A stretch of DNA of 64,000 nucleotides from Actinomycetota bacterium (GTDB taxonomy: Bacteria > Actinomycetota > Actinomycetes > Mycobacteriales > JACQDL01). The stretch spans positions 10,296 to 74,295 of the forward strand of contig JACQDL010000006.1 in NCBI GenBank assembly GCA_016201065.1, in the 5' to 3' direction. The translations under genes and the position numbers were made by a program. This document shows, piece after piece, positions 19,547 to 28,678 of the stretch; within the stretch, counting starts at the first letter, position 1, and each line of letters starts with the position of its first letter. The notes under the pieces are model-generated. The model had not been told where the DNA came from. It saw only the letters and a list, made by a program, of their open reading frames with translations, and ran no database searches.

Positions 19547-20428
19547 ATGTTCGCCGATGCTTCCCAAACCCCGCCGCCGAGCGGCCGCCGCACCCAGACC
19601 CGGATCATCCTGATCATCGCGGCCGCCCTGGTCGCCATGCTCGCGGGCGTGACCGCCGTGGTGCTGACGCGGTCCGGCTCGCCGACCAACCCGCCCGGCG
19701 CGACCGCGAACCCCACCTCCACCGGTTCGCCAACCCCCACCGGGTCCCCGGCACCGTCGGCAACCGGGTCGCTGTCACCGACCCCCACCTCCGCCGTACC
19801 GAGCGCCGCGCCGGTGTTCGCGTACCAGCCGTTGTGGCCGTTCGCCGGCACCGCCGACGCTGCGGCCTGGCAGCGCGCCTACCGCAGCGGTGGGCACCAG
19901 CCGTGGCACCTCGACGCGGGGCAGACCGCGCTGCTCTTCACCCGCAACTACCTCGGCTACACCGACATCGACCGGGTCGTCCGGGTCACGGTGACCGGTC
20001 GCGAGGCCATCACGACCGTCGGATTCTCGGCCGGTCCCGGCCACCTCGCGACCGCCGCCGCGATCCACCTCGCGCGGCTGGGCGTCGGCGCGGACGCGCC
20101 GTGGGAGGTCGTCGGCACCCGTGACACGACGCTCAGCCTGACCACGCCCGGCTACGGTTCGCCCGTGACCTCCCCGGTGACCGTAGGCGGCCGGATCACC
20201 GGCGTGGACGAGAGCCTCGTCGTCCAGGTCCGGGCGCTCGGCACGCCGAGGCTCGCCCAGACCGCCGGCATCCCGGCGGGCGGCGAGAACACCCCATGGT
20301 CGACGCCGGTCAGCTTCACCGCACCCATCGGCACGGTGCTCACCATCGCGGTCTCCACCGGCGGGCACGTGACCGGCGTCGAGCGGTTCGCGATCACAGG
20401 GGTCCGGGTGGGCGGCTCGACGTCCTGA
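19547..20428 (+). CDS. Membrane-anchored exported protein with Pro/Thr linker and probable Ig-like (Gmad2-like) C-terminal domain
   Basis: TM helix, PT linker, YQPLWPF, GHQPWHLD, LTTPGYGSPVTSPVTVGG. Confidence 0.65.
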   Translation: MFADASQTPPPSGRRTQTRIILIIAAALVAMLAGVTAVVLTRSGSPTNPPGATANPTSTGSPTPTGSPAPSATGSLSPTPTSAVPSAAPVFAYQPLWPFAGTADAAAWQRAYRSGGHQPWHLDAGQTALLFTRNYLGYTDIDRVVRVTVTGREAITTVGFSAGPGHLATAAAIHLARLGVGADAPWEVVGTRDTTLSLTTPGYGSPVTSPVTVGGRITGVDESLVVQVRALGTPRLAQTAGIPAGGENTPWSTPVSFTAPIGTVLTIAVSTGGHVTGVERFAITGVRVGGSTS

Positions 20429-20431
20429 CGG

Positions 20432-22057
20432 TCATGTCTCCTCCGGCTCCATCACGATCGCGCCGCAGGGGCACTCGGCGACGCAGATGCCGCACCCCTT
20501 GCAGTAGTCGTAGTCGAAGGCGTACCGGTTGCCCGGTCCCAGCTTGATCACGGCGTTGTCCGGACACATCCCGTAGCAGTTGTCGCACTCGAAGCAGTTG
20601 CCGCAGGACAGGCACCGGCGTGCCTCGAACAGTGCGGTCTCCTCATCGAGCCCGCCGACGATCTCCTCGAACCCGGTGGTCCGGCGGGCGTCGTCCAGGC
20701 GGGGTCGGACCGTCCGCGGCGCGTCGGCGTAGTAGTGGGTGTGCAGCGCCTCGAACGTCGCCAGCGGCAGGACCGGTGCCGGCTGGTACCGGACGCCGCG
20801 CAGCCAGGCGTCGATGTGCCTCGCGGCGAGCCGCCCGTGACCGACCGCGGTGGTCACCGTCCGGTCGGCGGGCACCATGTCGCCGCCGGCGAAGATGCCG
20901 GGCGCCCCGGTCATCAGGTCCGTTCCGACGGTGACGCGGCCCGCGTCGACGGCCACCCCGGGCGCGGCGGCCAGCAGCGAGGAGTCGACGTCCTGGCCGA
21001 GGGCGAGCACCACGGTGTCGGCCTGGAGCTCCTCGAACTCCCCGGTCGGCTGCGGGAAGCCGGTCTCGTCCAGCCGCATCTTCTCCACCAGCACGGTGCC
21101 GGAGTCGGCCTGGCTGATCGTCGACAGCCACCTGACCACCACCCCCTCCGCCAGCGCCTCGGCGAGCTCGGACGGGTGCGCGGGCATCCGGTCCTGGGTC
21201 CGCCGGTAGACCACGACGGCGTCGGTGGCGCCCAGCCGCTTCGCGCTGCGGGCGGCGTCCATCGCGGTGTTGCCGCCGCCGTAGACGACGACCCGCCGTC
21301 CCAGCTGTGGTGGCTCGCCGTCGGCGACGTCCCGCAGCAGGGAGACCGCGTCGAGGATCCGGGCGGAGTCGCCGGCCGGGATGTACGCCCGGTGCCCGAT
21401 CTGCGCCCCGACGGCGAGGAACACCGCGTCGAACCCGCCCTCGTCCCGGGCCGCCAGCACGTCGTCGACCCGCTGGCCGAGCTCGAGCCTCACCCCGAGG
21501 TCGAGGATGCGGCCGACCTCGGCGTCCAGCACCTCGCGGGGCAGCCGGTACTTCGGGATGCCGTAGCGCATCATCCCGCCCGGCTTGTCGCCGGCGTCAC
21601 GCACCGTGACCTGATGCCCGAGGCGGGTCAGGTGGTAGGCGGTGGACAGCCCGGCCGGACCGGCCCCGACGACGAGGACCCGCCGGCCGGTCGGCTCGGC
21701 GTCCACCGGCACCGTCCAGCCGGAGCGGATCGCCTCGTCACCGAGGAACCGCTCCACCGAGTTGATCCCGACCGCCTCGTCGAGGGTGCCCCGGTTGCAG
21801 GCCGTCTGGCAGGGGCGGTAGCAGATCCGCCCCATGATGGCCGGGAACGGGTTGTCGGCCATGATCCGTTCCCAGGCCGCCCGGTAGCCGCCGTCCTCGG
21901 CGTCGTAGAGCCAGCCCTGGATGTCCTCACCGGCCGGGCAGGCCTGGTTGCAGGGGGCGAGGCGGTTGACGTACACCGGCCGCTCGGTCCGCCAGGAGCC
22001 GGTGTGGTTGGCCAGGCTCGACCCGACGTCGAGGGTGATCGCGAACGGTAGCTCCAT
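20432..22057 (-). CDS. GltD/SudA-like FAD/NAD(P) oxidoreductase fused to a C-terminal 2x[4Fe-4S] ferredoxin (PorD-like)
   Basis: PCNQACPAG, GRICYRPCQTACNR, VGAGPAG, GGGNTAMD; C-terminal CLSCGNCFECDNCYGMCP and CKGCGICVAECPCG. Confidence 0.9.
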   Translation of the reverse strand: MELPFAITLDVGSSLANHTGSWRTERPVYVNRLAPCNQACPAGEDIQGWLYDAEDGGYRAAWERIMADNPFPAIMGRICYRPCQTACNRGTLDEAVGINSVERFLGDEAIRSGWTVPVDAEPTGRRVLVVGAGPAGLSTAYHLTRLGHQVTVRDAGDKPGGMMRYGIPKYRLPREVLDAEVGRILDLGVRLELGQRVDDVLAARDEGGFDAVFLAVGAQIGHRAYIPAGDSARILDAVSLLRDVADGEPPQLGRRVVVYGGGNTAMDAARSAKRLGATDAVVVYRRTQDRMPAHPSELAEALAEGVVVRWLSTISQADSGTVLVEKMRLDETGFPQPTGEFEELQADTVVLALGQDVDSSLLAAAPGVAVDAGRVTVGTDLMTGAPGIFAGGDMVPADRTVTTAVGHGRLAARHIDAWLRGVRYQPAPVLPLATFEALHTHYYADAPRTVRPRLDDARRTTGFEEIVGGLDEETALFEARRCLSCGNCFECDNCYGMCPDNAVIKLGPGNRYAFDYDYCKGCGICVAECPCGAIVMEPEET

Positions 22058-23079
22058 CACGGTGCCTCCTGCGCGGTCGGTGCGGGCTCGGCGGCGAGCA
22101 GCCCGAACCGGCGGATGTTGCGGTCCGCGATCTGCTGGATCCGCGCGACGACGTCCGGCCGCGGGGACGCCCCGAACAGGTGCCGGTACCGCCGTTGCGG
22201 CCTCAGGTACTCCGCCACCGGTACCTGCCGGGGGATCCGGGTGACATCCACGACCTCGCCGTGCTCGGCCTCGAACACCGGGAACAGCCCGGTGTGCACG
22301 GCGAGCCGGGCGATCCGGATCGTGTCGCACGACGCGGTACCCCACCCCAGCGGGCAGGGGACGAAGACGTGCAGGTAGCGCGCGCCCCGGAACTCCATCG
22401 CGCGCCGCACCTTGTACTCCAGGTCGCGCAGGTCGGCCACGGTCGCGGTCGCCACGTACGGGATCTCGTGCGCCATCGCGATCAACGGCACGTTCTTGCC
22501 CTGGCCGAACCGGTTTCCCGGCTCGGGGCCGACCGCCTGGGTGGTCATGGTGGTCGCGGCCGGTGGGGTGCTCCCCGACCGCTGCACCCCGGTGTTCATG
22601 TACGCCTCGTTGTCGTAGCAGATGTAGAGCACGTCGTCGTTGCGCTCGAACATCCCCGACAGGCAGGCGAAGCCGATGTCGACGGTGCCGCCGTCGCCGC
22701 CCTGCCCGACGACCCGGACATCCGTGCGCCCCTTGGCCTTCAGCGCGGCGGCGACCCCGGTGGAGACCGCTGGCGCGTTGCCGAACAGCGAGTGCAGCCA
22801 CGGGATCTGCCAGGAGGTCTCCGGGTACGGCGTGGAGAACACCTCCAGGCAGCCGGTCGCGTTGACCGCGATCAGCTGGTTGTTGGTGGCCCGCATGGCG
22901 GCGTCCAGCGCGTACCGGGCGCCGAGCGCCTCACCGCACCCCTGACACGCGCGGTGCCCGGAGTTCAGGGAGTTGGTCCGGTTCGGATCGGCCTGCACCG
23001 AGCGCTGGTCGGGGTCGAGCAGCCGGTTGCCCACCACGAAGCTGCCCGACTGATAGAACTTGATCGGTTGTACCGGCAT
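22057..23079 (-). CDS. porB: Pyruvate/2-oxoacid:ferredoxin oxidoreductase beta subunit
   Basis: GHRACQGCG, NATGCLEV, TPP motif GGDGGTVDIG...YDNEAYMNTG, PCPLGW. Confidence 0.92.
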   Translation of the reverse strand: MPVQPIKFYQSGSFVVGNRLLDPDQRSVQADPNRTNSLNSGHRACQGCGEALGARYALDAAMRATNNQLIAVNATGCLEVFSTPYPETSWQIPWLHSLFGNAPAVSTGVAAALKAKGRTDVRVVGQGGDGGTVDIGFACLSGMFERNDDVLYICYDNEAYMNTGVQRSGSTPPAATTMTTQAVGPEPGNRFGQGKNVPLIAMAHEIPYVATATVADLRDLEYKVRRAMEFRGARYLHVFVPCPLGWGTASCDTIRIARLAVHTGLFPVFEAEHGEVVDVTRIPRQVPVAEYLRPQRRYRHLFGASPRPDVVARIQQIADRNIRRFGLLAAEPAPTAQEAP

Positions 23080-23088
23080 GGGGTCTCC

Positions 23089-24345
23089 TCACCCGATCCA
23101 CGGCGTGGCCGGACCGGCGTCGCGCAGCATGTTCTCGGCGGCCGGACCGGACATCCGACGCTCGCCCGCCCGGGCCAGCTCGCGCTCCACCAGCGGCCGG
23201 TTGAGGTCCAGGAAGGTCAGCGGCTCCAGCCGGTCCGCCTCCGCCGCGAGCAGCATCTCGCGCAGCGACGCCCGGGTGATCGCCCGGCCGCCCAGGCCGG
23301 CGATGACCGTGTAGTCCCGGGTGCCGTTGCCGGACAGCGCCATCCGGACGTTGGACGTGACGATCCCACCGATGCCGACCGCCAGCGCCCGCTCCAGCAC
23401 GACCACCCGTGCGGCCTGGCCGACCGCGGCGCGGACATCGGCCAGCGGGAACGGCCGGAAGGAGATGATCCCGAGCACCCCGATCCGGTGCCCCTGGTCG
23501 CGCAGCTCGTCGACGGTGTCCTTGAGGGTGCCCAGCACCGAGCCGAGCGCCACGACGACCGTCTCGGCGTCCTGGGTGCGGTAGGGGCGGACCAGCCCGC
23601 CGGAGGAGCGGCCGAAGACGCGCTCGAAGTCCGCGGCGACCCGGGGGATCAGCTCCAGGGCCTGCATCTGCCGGGCGTGCGCCAGGTAGCGCACCTCGGT
23701 GAACGCCTCCGGACCGACCATCGCGCCGATCGACACCGGCTCGGCCGGGTCGAGGAGCTGCCGCGGCTGGTAGGCCGGCAGGAAGGCGTCGACCTGCTCC
23801 TGCTCGGGTACGTCGATGCGCTCCACGGCGTGGGTGAGCACGAAGCCGTCCATGCAGACCATCACCGGCAGCGACACCTCCTCGGCCAGCCGGAACGCCT
23901 GGACGTGCAGGTCAACGGCCTCCTGGTTGGTCTCGGCGTAGAGCTGGACCCAGCCGCTGTCGCGCTGCGACATCGAGTCGCTGTGGTCGTTCCAGATGTT
24001 GATCGGCGCGCCGATCGCCCGGTTGGCGACGGTCATCACGATCGGCAGGCCGAGACCGGAGGCGTTGTAGATCGCCTCGACCATGTAGAGCAGCCCCTGG
24101 CTTGCGGTCGCGGTGTAGGCCCGCGCGCCGGTCGCCGACGCGCCGATGGCCACCGACATCGCGGCGAACTCCGACTCGACCGTGACGAACTCGCACGGCG
24201 CCAGCGCGCCGGACTTCACCTGCGCGGACAGCGCCTCGACGATGTGCGTCTGCGGTGAGATCGGGTAGGCGCAGATCACCTCGGGCCGGCACCGAGCCAC
24301 GGCCTCGGCCACCCCACGCGACCCTTCGATCTGCCTAAGCACCAT
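23089..24345 (-). CDS. porA: Pyruvate/2-oxoacid:ferredoxin oxidoreductase alpha subunit
   Basis: AYPISPQT, VESEFAAMS, TATASQGL, NRAIGAPINIWNDHSD. Confidence 0.92.
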   Translation of the reverse strand: MVLRQIEGSRGVAEAVARCRPEVICAYPISPQTHIVEALSAQVKSGALAPCEFVTVESEFAAMSVAIGASATGARAYTATASQGLLYMVEAIYNASGLGLPIVMTVANRAIGAPINIWNDHSDSMSQRDSGWVQLYAETNQEAVDLHVQAFRLAEEVSLPVMVCMDGFVLTHAVERIDVPEQEQVDAFLPAYQPRQLLDPAEPVSIGAMVGPEAFTEVRYLAHARQMQALELIPRVAADFERVFGRSSGGLVRPYRTQDAETVVVALGSVLGTLKDTVDELRDQGHRIGVLGIISFRPFPLADVRAAVGQAARVVVLERALAVGIGGIVTSNVRMALSGNGTRDYTVIAGLGGRAITRASLREMLLAAEADRLEPLTFLDLNRPLVERELARAGERRMSGPAAENMLRDAGPATPWIG

Positions 24346-24937
24346 GGGAGCTCCCGAAGTTCGCGGGCACCGCACTCTGGGCCCGGACCTCATCGAACGC
24401 CGCCCGGGCGGCGGCCTCGTTGCCGTCGGCCACCGCTCCGGCGAACCGCTCCCGGATGGCCGCCACGACCGACTCGATGGAGACCTGCCCGGTCAGTGCG
24501 GCAAACCCGCCGAGCAGGGCCGCGTTGGGTACCGGACGGCCGATCTCGCGCAGCGCGAGCTGGGTCGCCGGCACGACCGCCGCGCGGCTCGGGGTGAAGC
24601 CGGCCGCGAACCCGGACAGTCCGAGCTCGGCCCAGGTCCTCGCGGAGTTGACCAGGAGGTATCCGTCGGGCCGCAGGCCGTCGAAGACCGCGACCTGGTG
24701 CAGCAGGGTGGCGTCCTGCACGATCACCGTGTCCGGATCGGTCACCGGCTCGCGCAGCCGGATCTCACGATCATCGAGCCGGCAGAAGGCCACCACGGGA
24801 GCGCCGGTGCGCTCGGAGCCGAAGCTGGGAAACGCCTGCGCGTGCCGACCCTCCATGAACGCGGCGACCGACAGCAACTCAGCCGCGGTGACGACGCCCT
24901 GCCCCCCGCGCCCATGCACCCGTACCTGGAACATCAC
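24335..24937 (-). CDS. porC: Pyruvate/2-oxoacid:ferredoxin oxidoreductase gamma subunit
   Basis: RVHGRGGQGVVT, FPSFGSERTGAPV, PNAALLG. Confidence 0.92.
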   Translation of the reverse strand: MMFQVRVHGRGGQGVVTAAELLSVAAFMEGRHAQAFPSFGSERTGAPVVAFCRLDDREIRLREPVTDPDTVIVQDATLLHQVAVFDGLRPDGYLLVNSARTWAELGLSGFAAGFTPSRAAVVPATQLALREIGRPVPNAALLGGFAALTGQVSIESVVAAIRERFAGAVADGNEAAARAAFDEVRAQSAVPANFGSSHGA

Positions 24938-25146
24938 CGTGCCGTTCCCCTCTCCACTCAGCTGCCTGGTCGTGGTGTACCTCGGCGGCGGGCGGCCGGC
25001 ACAGGGGCATCGGCCACCCGGAGTCGGGATCTTCGGCCCGCGACCCCACCGTGGTGGTCGGGGGCGCCCAGGCGACCCTATTACCGTTTCCTGACGCCCG
25101 GCGCGGGACCCGCCGCCACCGGTGCCGGGCCCATATCGTCTCGGCC

Positions 25147-26247
25147 ATGCGAGTGCTGGTCACCGGCGGTGCCGGGTTCATCGGGTCACACGTGGTGGCC
25201 ACCGTGGCGGCCGACCACGAGGTGGTGGTCCTCGACGCGCTGCTGCCCGAGGTGCACCCGGCCGGGCCGCCGGAGCTGCCGCCGGGGGTCCGGCTGGTCG
25301 TCGGCGACGTCCGGGACCGGGCTACCGTGGACGCCGCGCTGGCCGGCGTGGACGCCGTGCTGCACCAGGCGGCGATGGTCGGTCTCGGGGTGGACGTCCA
25401 GGACCTTCCGGACTACGCCGGGTGCAACGGCGTCGGTACCGCCGTGCTGCTGGCGGCGATGGCAGCGGCGGGCGTGCCACGGCTGGTGCTGGCCAGCTCG
25501 ATGGTGATCTACGGCGAGGGGCGGTACCGGTGCGCCGAGCACGGCGTGGTGCGCCCCGGCCCGCGCCGCCCCGCCGCGTTGGACGCCGGCCGGTTCGAGC
25601 CACCGTGCCCGGCCTGCGGCAGCGGCAGCGCGCTGGCCGCGGAGCTGGTTCCCGAGGACGCCGCGTCGGACCCACGCAACGGGTACGCCACGACCAAACT
25701 CGCCCAGGAGCACCTGGCCAGCTCGTGGGCGCGGGTGACCGGTGGACGCGTCGCGGCGCTGCGCTACCACAACGTGTACGGGCCGCGGATGCCGCGGGAC
25801 ACGCCGTACGCCGGGGTGGCGGCGCTGTTCCGTAGCGCGCTGGAGCGCGGCGAGGCGCCCCGGGTCTTCGAGGACGGCGGGCAGCGGCGGGACTTCGTGC
25901 ACGTGCGGGACATCGCGGTGGCCAACGACGCCGCGCTGCGCTGGACGGCGGCCGCGGAGCCGGGGACCAGCCGCGCCTTCAACATCGGCAGCGGCACGAC
26001 CCGCACGGTCGGTGACCTCGCCGCCGCGCTGGCCACGGCCCGCGGCGGGCCGGCACCCGTCGTCACCGGGGAGTACCGGCTGGGCGACGTCCGGCACATC
26101 ACGGCAGACTCCTGCCGGGCCCGCGCCGAGCTCGGCTGGCGACCCGAGGTGGACTTCGGGGCGGGCATGGCGGAGTTCGCCACCGCGCCACTGCGCGCTG
26201 CCAGCACGGCGCCACTGCGCGCAGCCAGCACGGCGCCACGGCGGTGA
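25147..26247 (+). CDS. NAD-dependent epimerase/dehydratase
   Basis: MRVLVTGGAGFIGSH, YATTK, LRYHNVYG, GDVRH; two-part Cys insert (YRC...CPAC). Confidence 0.9.
   Translation: MRVLVTGGAGFIGSHVVATVAADHEVVVLDALLPEVHPAGPPELPPGVRLVVGDVRDRATVDAALAGVDAVLHQAAMVGLGVDVQDLPDYAGCNGVGTAVLLAAMAAAGVPRLVLASSMVIYGEGRYRCAEHGVVRPGPRRPAALDAGRFEPPCPACGSGSALAAELVPEDAASDPRNGYATTKLAQEHLASSWARVTGGRVAALRYHNVYGPRMPRDTPYAGVAALFRSALERGEAPRVFEDGGQRRDFVHVRDIAVANDAALRWTAAAEPGTSRAFNIGSGTTRTVGDLAAALATARGGPAPVVTGEYRLGDVRHITADSCRARAELGWRPEVDFGAGMAEFATAPLRAASTAPLRAASTAPRR
26182..26238 (+). repeat. 24-bp tandem repeat (~2.4 copies) encoding TAPLRAAS
   Basis: gcgccactgcgcgcWgccagcacg repeated at the 3' end of the epimerase gene. 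Confidence 0.8.
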
Positions 26248-26960
26248 GCCGCCGACCCGCACCACCGCCCACAATCGACCTGATCCTGCCCTGCCTGGAC
26301 GAGGCCGCCGCGCTGCCGTGGGTGCTGGCGCGGGTCCCGCCCGGGGTGCGGGCGGTTGTCGTGGACAACGGCTCGACCGACGGTTCGGCGGAGGTCGCGG
26401 CCCGGCACGACGCGCTCGTCGTGCACGAGACCCGTCGCGGCTTCGGGGCCGCCTGCCATGCCGGCCTGCTGGCGGCGACCGCGCCGTACGTCGCGTTCTG
26501 CGACGCCGACGCCTCGCTGGACCCGGCGCAGCTCGACCTGGTCACCGGTCCGGTCCTCGGCGGTGCCGCCGACCTGGTGCTCGGCCGGCGGGTGCCCGCC
26601 GGTCGCGGTGCCTGGCCGGTGCACGCCCGGCTGGGCAACCGTGCGGTCGCCTGGCGGCTGCGCCGCCGGACCGGTCTGGCGGTCCGGGACCTTGGTCCGA
26701 TGCGGTGCGCCCCGCGCGAACGGTTGCTCGGGCTCGGGGTCACCGACCGCCGCTCCGGATACCCGCTGGAGGTGGTGCTGCGGGCGGCGCTGGCCGGCTG
26801 GCGGGTGGTCGAGGTGCCGGTGGGCTACCGGCCGCGGACCGGCCGGTCGAAGGTCACCGGGACGGTGCGCGGCACGCTCCAGGCGGTCCGTGACATGGAC
26901 CGGGTGCTGCGCGCGGCGGCACGGGTCGAGGGCGGGCTGGATCTGGCGGGTGCCGGGTGA
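26244..26960 (+). CDS. GT2 glycosyltransferase (DPM1-like)
   Basis: LILPCLDEA, VVDNGSTDGS, FCDADASLD, YRPRTGRSKVTG. Confidence 0.9.
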   Translation: MSRRPAPPPTIDLILPCLDEAAALPWVLARVPPGVRAVVVDNGSTDGSAEVAARHDALVVHETRRGFGAACHAGLLAATAPYVAFCDADASLDPAQLDLVTGPVLGGAADLVLGRRVPAGRGAWPVHARLGNRAVAWRLRRRTGLAVRDLGPMRCAPRERLLGLGVTDRRSGYPLEVVLRAALAGWRVVEVPVGYRPRTGRSKVTGTVRGTLQAVRDMDRVLRAAARVEGGLDLAGAG

Positions 26961-27598
26961 GCGCCGGCACGACGCTGCTGGTGCTGGCCAAGGAGCCGGT
27001 ACCGGGGCGGGTGAAGACCAGGCTGCATCCGGCGTTCAGCCCGGCCGAGGCCGCCAGGCTGGCCGCTGCGGCGCTGGCCGACACCCTGGACGCGGTGCGG
27101 GCCACCCCGGCCGCCCGGCGGGTCCTGGTGCTGGCCGGCCGCCCCGGCCCCTGGCTGCCACCGGGTTTCGAGGTGCAACCGCAGGTCGCGGGCGGGCTGG
27201 ATCGGCGGCTCGCGGCGGCGCTGGGTGGGTGTGCGGGACCGTGCCTGCTCGTCGGGATGGACACCCCGCAGCTCACCCCGGCGCTGCTGGATGTCGGCTG
27301 GGGCGAGGTGGACGCGTGGTTCGGGCCGGCCGCCGACGGTGGCTACTGGGCGCTCGGGCTCCGCTCCCCCACCCCGGAGCTGGCCGGCCGGCTGCTGCAC
27401 GGCGTGCCGATGTCGAGCATCGGCACCGGCGCGGCGCAGCGCGACCGGCTGCATGCGGCGGGCCTGCGGGTCGGGCTGCTGCCGATGCTGCGGGACGTGG
27501 ACACCGTGACCGACGCGGATGAGGTGGCCGCGCTCGCGCCGGCCACCCGCTTCGCCCGCACCCTCGCCGATCTCACCCGCCAGCCGGCCGCCCGATGA
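26957..27598 (+). CDS. DUF2064-like GT-A/CofC-like fold protein
   Basis: LAKEPVPGRVKTRL, VGMDTPQ, GPAADGGYW, LRDVDT. Confidence 0.85.
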   Translation: MSAGTTLLVLAKEPVPGRVKTRLHPAFSPAEAARLAAAALADTLDAVRATPAARRVLVLAGRPGPWLPPGFEVQPQVAGGLDRRLAAALGGCAGPCLLVGMDTPQLTPALLDVGWGEVDAWFGPAADGGYWALGLRSPTPELAGRLLHGVPMSSIGTGAAQRDRLHAAGLRVGLLPMLRDVDTVTDADEVAALAPATRFARTLADLTRQPAAR

Positions 27599-28224
27599 CG
27601 GCGTGGACCCTCTACGACGAGGCGCTGGCCCACCGCACCCCCTACGACCTGGTACTCCGGGCCAGCGACGGGCGGCGCTGGCCGTTCCCGGTGAGCAGCT
27701 GGTGCGCGACCGTGAACCGCTCCGACCGGGCCCTGATCGCCCGGTGCACCGGCCCGACGCTGGACGTGGGGTGTGGACCCGGCCGGCTGGTCGCCGCGCT
27801 CGCCGGGCGCGGCGTGCCGGCGCTCGGCGTCGACCCGAGCCCGGCGGCCGTACGCAGCACCCACGCCCGGGGCGCGGTCGCGCTGCGCCGCAGCATCTAC
27901 GACCGGCTGCCCGGTGAGGGCCGCTGGAACCACGTCCTGCTCATCGACGGCAACATCGGCATCGGCGGTGACGTGCCGCGGCTGCTGGCCCGGGTCGGTG
28001 AGCTGCTCGGCCCGGCCGGCGAGGCGCTGGTGGAGGTGCACCGTTCCGACACCCACGAGGTGCTCGACGTGCGGTTGGAGCATCCCGATGGCCGGTCCGG
28101 TCCGGCCTGGCCGTGGGCCCGGGTGGGGTTGACCGCGCTGCGCGGGATCGCCGCCGGGACCGGTCTCAGGGTGACGGGTCACTGGCGGCGCGGCGGGCGC
28201 CGTTTCGCCGTGCTCGCCCGCTGA
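27595..28224 (+). CDS. Class I SAM-dependent methyltransferase
   Basis: LDVGCGPGR, LLIDGNIGIGGD. Confidence 0.88.
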   Translation: MTAWTLYDEALAHRTPYDLVLRASDGRRWPFPVSSWCATVNRSDRALIARCTGPTLDVGCGPGRLVAALAGRGVPALGVDPSPAAVRSTHARGAVALRRSIYDRLPGEGRWNHVLLIDGNIGIGGDVPRLLARVGELLGPAGEALVEVHRSDTHEVLDVRLEHPDGRSGPAWPWARVGLTALRGIAAGTGLRVTGHWRRGGRRFAVLAR

Positions 28225-28678
28225 GCCGCCCCGCGCCGGGCCGCCCCGCGCCGAGCCGCCCCGCGCCGGGCCGCCCCGCGCCGAGCCGCCCCGCGACCAG
28301 GTGCGCGGCGCCGAGCACGCCGACCGCGGCCAGGCCGGCCCCGACCAGCTGCCCCGCTGACGCGGCCGGGTGCACGGTCGGGTTGCCCGCCCCGGCCGGG
28401 CTCTGCCATGCCGGCACGACCAGCAGCAGGCACACCCCGGTGAGCACCAGCAGCGGCCCGAGCAGCCGCGGTACCCGCCGTACCCGGCTGCGGGCCAGCA
28501 GCCAGCCGGTGCCGAACACCACCGGCGCGAGGACCCCGTCGTGCCCGACCACCCCGGCCGCCAGCCAGGTCAGGACGTCCTTCGAACCGGTGACACCGGC
28601 CTGCGCCAGCAGGCTCCAGACGCCGAACCCGAGCGCCACCACCCCGGCGAGGACGAGCAGCACCCGGCCGGCGCGCAT
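28166..28678 (-). CDS. Hypothetical membrane protein
   Basis: About 4 TM helices, HDGVLAP and NPTVHP motifs; TGATG coupling to the upstream Mo-oxidoreductase. Confidence 0.7.
   Translation of the reverse strand: MRAGRVLLVLAGVVALGFGVWSLLAQAGVTGSKDVLTWLAAGVVGHDGVLAPVVFGTGWLLARSRVRRVPRLLGPLLVLTGVCLLLVVPAWQSPAGAGNPTVHPAASAGQLVGAGLAAVGVLGAAHLVAGRLGAGRPGAGRLGAGRPGAGRLSGRARRNGARRAASDPSP
28223..28295. repeat. 15-bp tandem repeat (~5 copies, alternating variants)
   Basis: gccgccccgcgccg(g/a) units; encodes GRLGA/GRPGA at the end of the minus-strand membrane protein. Confidence 0.85.

Noticed and set aside
28223-28295. CRISPR-like array
   Set aside because: Contiguous tandem units with no unique spacers and no cas genes
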